A stretch of 64,000 nt of DNA, from IMG/VR virus record IMGVR_UViG_3300037325_000203. One strand, written 5' to 3'. The stretch comes from a virus. Position 1 is the first letter of the stretch. Each line of letters starts with the position of its first letter. Below are positions 30,356 to 40,123 of this stretch, piece by piece. The notes under the pieces were generated by a model. The model searched no databases. It saw only the letters and a program-made list of their open reading frames with translations, and was not told the origin of the DNA. The position numbers and the translations under genes are program-made.

Positions 30356-30559
30356 TTAGTAGGCACCGTCGAGACTGCTGCACGCCTGTTCTTCGAGTAT
30401 GCTAATTTCCAATTCTAAAGACTCGAGTCTGTCGGCTGCTTCTTCGAGTAAACTCGAAATACGATCTGGTTCGCCGGCTTGGACACTTCTGCGTGAAGGT
30501 ATCTGCCTTCGTATTTCTGCACGCTTTCGTAATCTTTCAATTAAATCTGTATTGATCAT
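30356..30559 (-). CDS. Hypothetical phage protein
   Basis: RLRKRAEIRRQI..R.SV..DRI..LLEEAA. Confidence 0.7.
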   Translation of the reverse strand: MINTDLIERLRKRAEIRRQIPSRRSVQAGEPDRISSLLEEAADRLESLELEISILEEQACSSLDGAY

Positions 30560-30948
30560 CTCTTTAATAACAAAAGTGGTTTATTTTGTTTTCGGGCATA
30601 TCGGATGGTGGCCCATGTCCCACTGCGGACGATCTCGTCATCAGTAAGAGGAGCACCAAACATAAATTCGGAAATATCTACTATCTTATGATCTCTTACC
30701 AAATATGGCAGGGGATCCTTATACTCATCGCACACACGAAAGGCCCTTTGGGCAAATGATTGTGGTAAGTGTCCTATGATTTTTACATTAGGGAAAAACT
30801 CGCGAACTATATTATGTGCTTCGCCGTCGGCACCTCGACAATCGCCATGATGAAATTCCGTGGGATTGAGCTCGAATAATTTCATCACGAATTGTTCTTT
30901 CTGTAAAGAACTCATCCCTTCTCTCGTCCCTGTAAATCCAATTCTCAT
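30556..30948 (-). CDS. SLOG/DprA-Rossmann-like protein
   Basis: IGFTGTR.G, HHGDC.GAD, RSGTWATIRYA. Confidence 0.7.
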   Translation of the reverse strand: MRIGFTGTREGMSSLQKEQFVMKLFELNPTEFHHGDCRGADGEAHNIVREFFPNVKIIGHLPQSFAQRAFRVCDEYKDPLPYLVRDHKIVDISEFMFGAPLTDDEIVRSGTWATIRYARKQNKPLLLLKR

Positions 30949-30970
30949 ATGTGCCTTACCAGTTTCATTG

Positions 30971-31447
30971 TTAGATGAGCACCTTCTGCATATTCATAGG
31001 CGACGCTGCAAAATCTTTTAATTCCATATACATATGATGGTACTTTGTAATGCGCTTGATGTCTTTCTCCGACACTCCTTTGAGTCTCCGGATATCACTA
31101 TTGTGTCGGAGATCAGCTATCTTGACTTTAACTGCGTCGGGATTTGACTTAATCTGGTCAAGATATTCATCGTTAGTAAATCCTGGGGACTTAGTCATCG
31201 CACGTATACCATGAATAATTCTATCAGTAAATCCCATAGATCCTAGCAGGTGATACGTTACGTCAGTATCTTCTACTAAGTCATGACCTAGTGCAATGCA
31301 CTGTAATTCCTCATCAGCAGAATCCCCGAGATAATGCATAACTTTGAGGCAATGCATTACGTAGGGAACACCGCCCTTGTCGAAAACACCGTCAAAGTTT
31401 TTAGTTGCTAAGACTAGCATCATGTTAAGCATCTCACCACGGTACAT
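30971..31447 (-). CDS. HD-domain (RelA/SpoT hydrolase, Mesh1-like) protein
   Basis: DKGG.PY..H, HDLVED, VKIADL.HN. Confidence 0.85.
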   Translation of the reverse strand: MYRGEMLNMMLVLATKNFDGVFDKGGVPYVMHCLKVMHYLGDSADEELQCIALGHDLVEDTDVTYHLLGSMGFTDRIIHGIRAMTKSPGFTNDEYLDQIKSNPDAVKVKIADLRHNSDIRRLKGVSEKDIKRITKYHHMYMELKDFAASPMNMQKVLI

Positions 31448-31477
31448 ACACTACTCCTGTTAATCTCTATAGTACTG

Positions 31478-31954
31478 CTATCTAGCCATAATGTCAAGCT
31501 GAAGTTTGTAAAGTGCAGCAAAGTATTCGGGTGACTTCACTTCTCCGTAATGTTTATACCAAACAGGGCGCTCACTTATACGAAGGTTAATTCGTGCGAC
31601 ATTGACTGCAACTTCGGCAGTGTTCGATACCCACCTGTCCAATGTAAATTCTTCAGGAATCTCCTTAAAGAAAATATCCATGGTACTGTGCTCCGAGATA
31701 TTATAATCTCGATTAACTAATTCATACGTCAGTTCAGTGTACCGATTTGCAAGCCAAGTCATTTTATCAAAGAAAAAATACCCATGTCCTTTATTAAGGG
31801 TATATGTTGGACTAATCTTCTTGAGTATTTCATCTATGGATTGAGTCTTTAATGATCGGCGCAGCATCTGGGGTGCCATCTTAATTTCGCGCCATTCAGC
31901 AAATAAATGTTGATCTGCAAGGTCTTGCACGTAAACTAGATTAACTCGTGTCAT
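31478..31954 (-). CDS. denV: Pyrimidine-dimer DNA glycosylase (endonuclease V)
   Basis: MTRVNLV..LADQHLFAEWRE, GH..FF.DK. Confidence 0.9.
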   Translation of the reverse strand: MTRVNLVYVQDLADQHLFAEWREIKMAPQMLRRSLKTQSIDEILKKISPTYTLNKGHGYFFFDKMTWLANRYTELTYELVNRDYNISEHSTMDIFFKEIPEEFTLDRWVSNTAEVAVNVARINLRISERPVWYKHYGEVKSPEYFAALYKLQLDIMAR

Positions 31955-32524
31955 TTACATATTTCCTGGACTCGTCTGACTACCTTGGTCTACCTGGCTT
32001 CTCTTGAGAATACATTAGTCGAAACGTGCAATGATTATTTTCATCTAATTTAGCTAATTTTTCTTTTAAAAAACAGCGGGCGTATTGTTCAAGGTATTTA
32101 TTCATAATATGCAATGTTTATCCATCGAGTAGATCCTCCCGGTTTAAGGCCGGGCTTGCATGATACACTACTATACTCGATGGATAAACACAGCGGGGAA
32201 GGGCTATAGTTCTTCCCATGTGTTTAAAATAAGCGGCAGATTAGAGCCGTCCCAGGATTTGCACTTGCCAGGTCTCTCTTTCGAGCGCATTACTATATGC
32301 TACAGGATAATCTGTCAGGTAGACTACATTGTAGTCTACCTTTTGCTAGCCACTATTATAGCAATGATGCTGGAATCTGTCAACAGGTTATGGTCCATCC
32401 TTTAACGCATTATCGATCTGTCGTCTAACATATTTGAGGTTTGGTTCGGAAATTGTATTAACCATTTCGTAGACTGTAAGATCTTCCCTAGTTGGTTATA
32501 AGGCGTATACTTTGGTCGTAAAAA

Positions 32525-32815
32525 CAGGGACCGAAGTCCCCATTGGTTGTTTATTTTACAAGGTAAGTCCTACCTCGGAGCGGCAGTTTCTTAGGCTGCG
32601 ACCATATCTGCGAAAGCAGACATGTTCAACTCGTTTGTATTTGCGTTTGCATTTACGATTTTGTATCATTTACGTCGGTTACATGACGATTCTATGTATA
32701 ATTTTGCCTGCGCGGTCGATAGCCAGTTCACCCCCACCTAAGTACCCTAAGTTACTTAGGTGGAGGTGGAGGAAGTCGAATCCTCGTGTCGCACATTCTC
32801 TGTTACACACTTGCT
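32525..32815 (-). ncRNA. ssrA: Circularly permuted two-piece tmRNA
   Basis: T-arm/acceptor GAGGATTCGACTTCCTCCACCTCCACC precedes GGGGGTGAACTGGCTATCGAC; tag frame ANANTNELNMSAFADMVAA*; terminator follows. Confidence 0.88.
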
Positions 32816-33258
32816 AACTAAATAGCAGAATTTCTCTTTAATCTATCTGCCGTGTACCCTCTTTTTAGAAAAGCGTCTTGGTCATACAGATTAATTATGC
32901 ATTTTGTGTTATCTAAACTCATCCAACACGTAGTTACAGTCTTACTTTTTTTACCAATTACCTATCGTGTTGCTAGCACATTTTGAAAACACAGAAGAGC
33001 AGAATGGTATTGGACGAGTTGGGTAACGTCTTGGGTATAACATCGGGCTTCCTGTCAGTATTTAGTTAAGCACTATCAAGACATGACTAGTGCCTCTACG
33101 TTTCGTCTAACGGTCGGATGCAGCCGACTGCTGAGGTGCGCTACCACCTTTAACATTTAGTCAAATAGTGCTTAGCCTCAATTATAACAACCAGACGCAG
33201 TTAGACGCAAGTATCCAAGTGTGTTAGCATAATTACACGTGATATCTTAACTGAGGCA

Positions 33259-33537
33259 TTATTTGCAAGAGCTTAGTGCAATTCTGAGTTCTTCCTCATA
33301 TGCTTCTCTAATCATCCTATCAGCAAGGGTAGCTTTTACTTTGTCAAATATGTTACTTTCTTCTGTCAACTTATCAAAGTTAAATTCCGGCAGTGCAGGT
33401 GTATCTACTTTACACGGTACGGAAATCGGAATCTCGACACGCTGTATAACAGTGTTGATTACTGGTTCGCGCTGTGTTGCGCACGAAGCTAGAAAAACTA
33501 TTGATCCAAATGTTACTAATAACTTATTTTTTCGCAC
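33259..33537 (-). CDS. o-spanin (Rz1-like lipoprotein)
   Basis: Lipobox FLASC, V.IPISVPC, overlaps i-spanin end. Confidence 0.8.
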   Translation of the reverse strand: MRKNKLLVTFGSIVFLASCATQREPVINTVIQRVEIPISVPCKVDTPALPEFNFDKLTEESNIFDKVKATLADRMIREAYEEELRIALSSCK

Positions 33538-33925
33538 GGCGGATCTCCTCGTTAAACAATTCGTTTGCAGCATCACACTGGGTGGCGCCTTGCGGCACAG
33601 TTCTCTTCAGTAACACATCTGCTGACAATTTTGCTGTCTCGGTATTGGCCCTGACCTTCAAAATTTCCTGCTGTGCTTTTTTGAATCTGGTGTCGGAATC
33701 GGTTTTAAGTTTGCCTATTGCTGCGTTTTGGTCTTCGACAGCTACTGTAAGACTAGTAACTGACGCCTGGGACACGCCTAGTTCTGCAACTAAGGTATTC
33801 TTATCAGCTTCTAGTGTTGATTTTTGTGCCTTTAATAACGTGATGTAATACCCGGATCCAGCAATTACTGCTATCAAGGTAGCTATAGCGATAAGTTGCC
33901 AATTTTTTAGTATTAATGCAATCAT
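33524..33925 (-). CDS. i-spanin (Rz-like)
   Basis: N-terminal TM plus coiled coil, C-terminal Cys; late motif upstream. Confidence 0.8.
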   Translation of the reverse strand: MIALILKNWQLIAIATLIAVIAGSGYYITLLKAQKSTLEADKNTLVAELGVSQASVTSLTVAVEDQNAAIGKLKTDSDTRFKKAQQEILKVRANTETAKLSADVLLKRTVPQGATQCDAANELFNEEIRRAKK

Positions 33926-33945
33926 GTGTATTCTCCTGTTTTAAA

Positions 33946-33962
33946 TATTTATCTGATAAATA
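33946..33962. promoter_or_regulatory. Back-to-back late promoters TATTTATC-T-GATAAATA
   Basis: Perfect 8-bp inverted repeat between divergent genes. Confidence 0.75.
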
Positions 33963-33999
33963 GTGGCACGCGCTTATTCAACATATAAAGGAGAGCCAA

Positions 34000-34320
34000 A
34001 TGTTTTTACACCGTGTTACAATTCATCGCCCAGATACTTCAAGTGATTTTTTCTACTCAGCAAATAATGTATTATCTAATCAGGCGTATATCGATATGGT
34101 CGATGCGGCAACCGCAGTTGGGAAAATAATTAATACAAGTTTATCTCTTAGCAATGACGAACTGAGCATTGTTAGAGAGGCCACATGGGACGATGAAGCA
34201 TCTTTCTTCGAGTTCTTAGAGGAATACACTACAAACGTGTTTCCCGACTATACTGCAGAATTTCTTAGCTATAATACCGCCCACAATCACATAGGTGTGT
34301 TTGAGTCTGAAATTAGTTAA
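34000..34320 (+). CDS. Small acidic hypothetical protein
   Basis: Strong AAGGAG RBS, late motif. Confidence 0.75.
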   Translation: MFLHRVTIHRPDTSSDFFYSANNVLSNQAYIDMVDAATAVGKIINTSLSLSNDELSIVREATWDDEASFFEFLEEYTTNVFPDYTAEFLSYNTAHNHIGVFESEIS

Positions 34321-35053
34321 CTGAAAACACTTTATCAATTAATAACCCATACGCATCAAATTCGCCCTTTACTCCATAAGTAAATGACCCAGGGTACTTA
34401 TGGTGATTATTATGATTTCCTACACCAGTTAGTAAGTTAACTAATGTGTTGTTGTAAGCAACCGCATCATCGAACTGCTTACTTCCTTTGCTATGACTAA
34501 CAACATTAACAATACAAGTACCTATGTACCACATTGCCGATCCTGCTACTATTATAAAGAATAAGTACGGGCTAAGAATAAATGTAGTTACCCACAGTAC
34601 TACCCACATATAGAAATAGTAAGTATTTTCAAAAAGAAAATATTTAACACTCGACGATCGCATTAAATCAATCACTAAGTTATTTTTATATGTTGTTGGC
34701 AATAATGCCAAGTATATTTGCCACCAAGTCATATGGTGTGGGCTGTGTGGATCTTTTTTAGTATCTTCGTACGCATGGTGGGTCCGATGGACTGTAACCC
34801 ACGACATTATCGCCCCTTGCCCGGTTAAAAATGCAAATACTCGTAATATACGCTCGCGTACCGGACCAGTAATGTACGATTTGTGAGTATAGTACCGATG
34901 CAATGATATTTCGCTCATTGCACCAAAGATATACAACATAATTATGGCTACAGGTACTAACCAAATACTAAAATTAAGCGCAAGGAAACCAAAGAAAAAT
35001 AATTGATTTGCCCAAATTACTAGTTGGGTCTGTCTATAGGATGTAAGATTCAT
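34313..35053 (-). CDS. Membrane fatty-acid desaturase (delta-9-like)
   Basis: HRYYTH, HRTHH, DPHSP, HNNHH. Confidence 0.9.
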   Translation of the reverse strand: MNLTSYRQTQLVIWANQLFFFGFLALNFSIWLVPVAIIMLYIFGAMSEISLHRYYTHKSYITGPVRERILRVFAFLTGQGAIMSWVTVHRTHHAYEDTKKDPHSPHHMTWWQIYLALLPTTYKNNLVIDLMRSSSVKYFLFENTYYFYMWVVLWVTTFILSPYLFFIIVAGSAMWYIGTCIVNVVSHSKGSKQFDDAVAYNNTLVNLLTGVGNHNNHHKYPGSFTYGVKGEFDAYGLLIDKVFSVN

Positions 35054-35085
35054 AATGAACGGTCTCTTTTTAACATAAATAAGTC

Positions 35086-35853
35086 ATGAACTCCCACTTT
35101 TACAAAATTATTTTACCAATGTGGCTATTGACGGGCGCTTCGTTAATAGTATTTATAATCAATTTTCAATCAGTGTTTGTTATTTATGCATTACTGGGGC
35201 TGTACCTAGCAGGCGTGTTTGGCAACACTATCGGGTTTCATCGTTACTTTACTCATCAGAGTTTTTCTGTAAACCGGTTCTGGCATTACACATTTTTAGT
35301 GTTGGGCAGCATGACTGGCCAGGGTTCTTTGATCTTTTGGACATCGTTGCATTTACATCATCACAGAAATTCTGACAACGACAAAGATGTTCACAGCCCG
35401 CGACGCGGATTCTGGAAATCTACGATATTGTGGCAAGTAAAATCGGATTTCCATAATACCCCAGGGTTAATTGCGCCAAAAAAATTATACAGAGACAAAG
35501 TTGTTAAATTTTTCCACTACCATTATTACAAGCTGTATTGGGCAGTTGGCGTAATTTTAGCACTCATAGATATATATTTTTTCTTATTCTTTTTTTGTGT
35601 AGGTGCATTTTTTCTTACTTCTATTCTAGATAATATGAGTAACTTTCTTATGCACTGGCCGGGCGTAGGCTATGTGAATTTTGAAACAAAAGATTCATCC
35701 AGGAATGTACCTATAATTGCGTACATATCCCTAGGCGGAGGATGGCACAATAATCACCACCATGATCCAAAAAATTACAGGTTTGGCGTATTTCCAAAAG
35801 AATATGATATCGGTGCACGCATTATAGATTTAATAAAGGAAAAAAATGTTTGA
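35086..35853 (+). CDS. Membrane fatty-acid desaturase
   Basis: HRYFTH, HLHHH, DVHSP, WHNNHH. Confidence 0.9.
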   Translation: MNSHFYKIILPMWLLTGASLIVFIINFQSVFVIYALLGLYLAGVFGNTIGFHRYFTHQSFSVNRFWHYTFLVLGSMTGQGSLIFWTSLHLHHHRNSDNDKDVHSPRRGFWKSTILWQVKSDFHNTPGLIAPKKLYRDKVVKFFHYHYYKLYWAVGVILALIDIYFFLFFFCVGAFFLTSILDNMSNFLMHWPGVGYVNFETKDSSRNVPIIAYISLGGGWHNNHHHDPKNYRFGVFPKEYDIGARIIDLIKEKNV

Positions 35854-37351
35854 TGTTGTTATTTTCTCCGATACATCACTGTCGGATCTTGATTACATAG
35901 CCGAAGAAAAGGTTAAAGAAATATCAAACCTTGCCGATATAATAAAAGAACTACCTGCAAAAAGTGCAGGCGCCCATCGTATAAAAACAGAAGTAAGAAA
36001 TGCAGGGTACACATGCAAAGTAATAGATTTGTTATTTTATTTCACAGAAGGAGAGATCTCAGAAGTATGTAAAAAATACCTATCGTCGGAGACTCGTGTT
36101 ATTGGATTTAGCACTACCTTCTGGTCTAATATAACAACTGATGCGCACCGCAGTAAAATATTTAAGATAGTATACGAATATTCTCGCAGGCTTACGGGGC
36201 CAAAGATTGTATTCGGAGGAACACTTGCTGATAATTTTTCAAATAAAATCTACGCCGATAAAACGTTTAGTGGATTTACCGAAGAAGAGTTTGTAAATTA
36301 CTTGTACGAACTTACAGGCAAGGAAGACCGGCTAGTATTCGACTTTAATAAATCCACGATAGAATACAATGCCGATGATTTTGTTGACTGTGGAGAAAGT
36401 CCTGTTATAGAAATATCTAGAGGTTGCATATTTAAATGCTCCTTCTGTGCTTACCCCTTAAACGGCAAAAGTAAATTCGACTATATAAAAGACGAAGAGA
36501 TATTAAAAACCGAATTAATAAAAAATTACGAACTTCACGGAATTACAACTTACACCTTTAGCGACGACACATTTAATGATTCCACTTATAAAATGGAATA
36601 CTTACATAAAATTTTTACATCGTTACCTTTTAAAATTCAGTTTGTTGCATACGCCAGACTCGACCTATTAAATTCCCACAGAGAACAGGTCGATCTATTA
36701 AAAGAGATGGGTCTTGTAGGTGCCTTTTTTGGAATCGAGACTTTAAATCACCAGTCGGGTAAAGTGATAGGAAAAGGTATAAATCCCGAGAAAGTTAAAG
36801 AATTTTTATACGAGTTAAAATCCGAATACTGGAAAAATGACATTAATATCACAATAGGCTTAATTAGCGGATTACCATTTGAAACTACAGAATCACACCG
36901 TGCCACATTAGACTGGATCTCAAATAAAGATTACTGCCTGGTTGACAGGATTAGGCCTGCGGCACTAAGCATACCTAATCCACTATTAGACAAATATCCT
37001 TTCAAAAGTGAATTTCAATTAAATGCACCGAAGTATGGATTCTACTGGCCGAATAAAGATTCAGATAAATGGAAGAATTTTTCACACGAAATTAAGTCGC
37101 AGGACATAGCTATAGAAATGTCGAGAGAAATGTACGAAGTTGCAAGACAAGCGGGTAAAGTGTCAAAGGGTAATTTTGGTTTACCACTAACTGCAAATAT
37201 AGCCAAGTATGGTAAAGAACCAAAAACTTTAGCAGATATCATACAGATGCCGGCGGAGGAGCACGAACTATGGCTTAGTCGTAATCGACACGATATGATT
37301 ACAGGCTATGTAAATAATTATAAATTCAATACACTGAATAAATTTATCTAG
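35846..37351 (+). CDS. B12-binding-domain radical SAM enzyme
   Basis: SRGCIFKCSFC, DDTFND, FFGIETL, ISGLPFE. Confidence 0.88.
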   Translation: MFDVVIFSDTSLSDLDYIAEEKVKEISNLADIIKELPAKSAGAHRIKTEVRNAGYTCKVIDLLFYFTEGEISEVCKKYLSSETRVIGFSTTFWSNITTDAHRSKIFKIVYEYSRRLTGPKIVFGGTLADNFSNKIYADKTFSGFTEEEFVNYLYELTGKEDRLVFDFNKSTIEYNADDFVDCGESPVIEISRGCIFKCSFCAYPLNGKSKFDYIKDEEILKTELIKNYELHGITTYTFSDDTFNDSTYKMEYLHKIFTSLPFKIQFVAYARLDLLNSHREQVDLLKEMGLVGAFFGIETLNHQSGKVIGKGINPEKVKEFLYELKSEYWKNDINITIGLISGLPFETTESHRATLDWISNKDYCLVDRIRPAALSIPNPLLDKYPFKSEFQLNAPKYGFYWPNKDSDKWKNFSHEIKSQDIAIEMSREMYEVARQAGKVSKGNFGLPLTANIAKYGKEPKTLADIIQMPAEEHELWLSRNRHDMITGYVNNYKFNTLNKFI

Positions 37352-38075
37352 GCGATTTTCTTAATAACTTAATCAGAAAATATCCCGGGTCAACTCCTAC
37401 AGCATTAGAGAAGTCAGGGTCTGCAGGAAAATCATGATGGTGTCGATGATAACCTTCACCAAAGGTTAACCATGCCAGTAATGTGCTCTGCTTGATCGGG
37501 TCACCGGCCTTGCCGTAGTGGCATAAGATGTTGCACAGTGAAATATTTGCCCAACACAGGGCACCGGGTGCTACAAATAGTGTCATTGTCCACCAGATGC
37601 CAAGAAACCATAAACTTATAAGAACTACCGATAGTATTATCGACAGGTAGTGATTATGTATAAATCGGTGAAATTTATCATTCCAAATATCTCGCACTAA
37701 AGTAATGCTTAATTTCTTTGGTTGCAACATCGGAAAATACACATGAAAAAGGTCCATTACTCTAGGACTATGTGGGTCTTTTTCTGTGTCAGTATAGGCA
37801 TGGTGGTATCTATGTGCTAATGTACGGGTCACCGGTGTGCCTGTAAAACTAAATATACCAATGATTGTTGCAAAAATTTCATACCACCGCGGTGCATCCC
37901 AGCTTCGGTGGCTTAACAACCTATGATATACCAGTGTACTGGAAAATTGTGTAATTATTACAAATATTAAGAATGTGATAAGGATATGAATAATGGGTGC
38001 ATACACCAGTACCGCAAAAAAAGAAATGTGAGAAATTAGTAATAGTAAAAAAAATTTATTAGAAGTAAATTTCAT
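37344..38075 (-). CDS. Membrane fatty-acid desaturase
   Basis: HRLLSH, HRYHH, DPHSP, GEGYHRHHH. Confidence 0.9.
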   Translation of the reverse strand: MKFTSNKFFLLLLISHISFFAVLVYAPIIHILITFLIFVIITQFSSTLVYHRLLSHRSWDAPRWYEIFATIIGIFSFTGTPVTRTLAHRYHHAYTDTEKDPHSPRVMDLFHVYFPMLQPKKLSITLVRDIWNDKFHRFIHNHYLSIILSVVLISLWFLGIWWTMTLFVAPGALCWANISLCNILCHYGKAGDPIKQSTLLAWLTFGEGYHRHHHDFPADPDFSNAVGVDPGYFLIKLLRKSPR

Positions 38076-38800
38076 GTCTGTATAGTAAACACAGTATGTT
38101 TTGTTTTTCGCCCAGGTAATACCCTAGCATCGGGAATATTTTTTAAGATATAATCTCTATCAAAAAATGTCTCTATCCATGTATGTGGCCCAATGTCACC
38201 GAGTGTGTACTGGTCAACAATCGATAATGATCTGTCAATAAGATATAACGACTCTTTAAACTCGAGATTAGCCGACGACGGTAAAGTAATTCCCAATTGC
38301 TTAGGCAGGAATATCTGGGTGTACTTAGGGAAATGTTCTCTTTCCCAGGCCGAAAATACAATTACCCCACCCGTAGCAATAATTTTTCTGAAGTGTGCTA
38401 TTTTCGAAATTATTGTGTCCATATCGCAATGAGTAAATACACCATGGCACACAATAACATCTGGCTGTACCACGGCCGGCATACAGTATTCCGTACCGGT
38501 GGGATTAAAACAGGAATGATACCCGTTATAATAAATCCATGTTGCTGCAGGATAAGAATTTTTAGCAATTTCTAATGGTTCTGCAATAACATCAAGTCCT
38601 ATATAATTCTCATCCTTGATTTTACCGCCCGATGTAATTAAAAGATTACCTATATTACACCCGTAGTCTAATATAGTTCTGTTGTACCAATCTGCATCGA
38701 TTTGCGAAAGTCGGTCATCTAGTAAGCCGAATACATCTTGATTTAGTGGTTGAATGTATTTGGCATATCTTTGGTTCACATTGTGATCTGTTAGATACAT
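38072..38800 (-). CDS. Class I SAM-dependent methyltransferase
   Basis: ILDYGCNIG, YIGLDV, VFTH. Confidence 0.85.
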   Translation of the reverse strand: MYLTDHNVNQRYAKYIQPLNQDVFGLLDDRLSQIDADWYNRTILDYGCNIGNLLITSGGKIKDENYIGLDVIAEPLEIAKNSYPAATWIYYNGYHSCFNPTGTEYCMPAVVQPDVIVCHGVFTHCDMDTIISKIAHFRKIIATGGVIVFSAWEREHFPKYTQIFLPKQLGITLPSSANLEFKESLYLIDRSLSIVDQYTLGDIGPHTWIETFFDRDYILKNIPDARVLPGRKTKHTVFTIQT

Positions 38801-39438
38801 TCTTTAATTACTTCCAAGTTAAAATAATCCGGCAGATTTCTGTACTCCGGTTTTAGGCAACAATTTACTACCATGTAATCTGTATCAAAGATTTTTTTAC
38901 CTGCCATATTAAAAAATGCATCCGAGTTTGAACGATTACCAGCCTTTATAACATCGACTATGAATCTGTCATATCGATAACTATTTTTCTCAGAATCATA
39001 TCCCATCTTGCAGTTCATTAACATATCTTTACCAGTATATTGTAATTTATGATATGCCGGGGATAAACTTCGGTTATAATACCAGGTGTATAAGCCTAGC
39101 TCTTCTGCAGCAGTAAGAATATAATTCATAACAGGTAATAAGGGATTAGACTCGCTCGAGAAATCGTACCTATTCAGTATGCCAGATTTTACATTTAAAT
39201 TACCCACATGATATACAGGGACAAGCTTCCAAATAGTATATTTCATATACGCCACTAATTCATTGTCTGCAAATGCACCCACGTATGTTGTACCCGGATA
39301 CTTAAAATCGGTAAGAATTTCGTCTTTATTTCTTATCAAGCTAGTCCGCATCACCTTCTTCGGTGAAATGAAAATATCACTAGCCTGTTCGATGTCGTTT
39401 TCAGTAAGGTTCCTTACTGCATATTTAGAAATAATCAT
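38791..39438 (-). CDS. Hypothetical, GNAT-like
   Basis: VRNLTENDI..YVGAFADNELVAY; start probably MIISKY. Confidence 0.5.
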   Translation of the reverse strand: MIISKYAVRNLTENDIEQASDIFISPKKVMRTSLIRNKDEILTDFKYPGTTYVGAFADNELVAYMKYTIWKLVPVYHVGNLNVKSGILNRYDFSSESNPLLPVMNYILTAAEELGLYTWYYNRSLSPAYHKLQYTGKDMLMNCKMGYDSEKNSYRYDRFIVDVIKAGNRSNSDAFFNMAGKKIFDTDYMVVNCCLKPEYRNLPDYFNLEVIKECI

Positions 39439-39502
39439 AACATTATTTATCGTGGTGGCATCTGTCTCGACATAAATAAATAACAATTAAATAGGTATTA
39501 AA

Positions 39503-40123
39503 ATGTTAAAAATTATTAAATCTCCGTTAAACATTGTCGACAGATCTGTCATTAATGTGATTCCCGTTGACGGAGAACTCGATATGCACCAGACAGGATA
39601 TAACAGGTTTATTATGTTAGACGGAAATATTAAATCAGCTGTCTTGAGTTGCACGGGCGTAATGGCTGCAACACTAACTGATAAATTTTCACTAAATGGT
39701 AAAGGTGTTGTCATCGAAACTCCGGGGCATTTCTTTAATGAGCAGAAAATGTCAATTATCAAACCAGGGACTTTGGGAAATCTGAGTTATATTGACGGAT
39801 GTAGTAATTCTAATTTAATCGATCCTCCGCGTAACGGAGACCCGTGCCTGAACTATCTTTATTTCCCGAAAAATATTAATCAAACATTTCATACTCACCC
39901 TAGTGTCAGGATAGGATTTATATTATCGGGTTCGGGCACGGCTTCAGTCGATAATCATAATGTAAACTTACAAACAGGCGACGTGTTTGTATTAGACAGG
40001 CATACTCTTCACAGATTCTCGACAAGTGGTTCTCATATGTCACTAATGGTATTCCACCCCGACAGCGAGGACGGGCCCCGAGATGAACACAATCCCATGA
40101 AATCTAGGACATACCTAAGCTAA
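39503..40123 (+). CDS. Cupin-domain protein
   Basis: HTHPS.R.G..LSGSG, H.F, FHPDS. Confidence 0.8.
   Translation: MLKIIKSPLNIVDRSVINVIPVDGELDMHQTGYNRFIMLDGNIKSAVLSCTGVMAATLTDKFSLNGKGVVIETPGHFFNEQKMSIIKPGTLGNLSYIDGCSNSNLIDPPRNGDPCLNYLYFPKNINQTFHTHPSVRIGFILSGSGTASVDNHNVNLQTGDVFVLDRHTLHRFSTSGSHMSLMVFHPDSEDGPRDEHNPMKSRTYLS

Noticed and set aside
32255-32310. tRNA gene
   Set aside because: Only D-like and T-like fragments with a GAAA-capped short arm; no acceptor or CCA.
33068-33174. Hammerhead ribozyme (GACGAAAC present)
   Set aside because: No CTGANGA core found on that strand.
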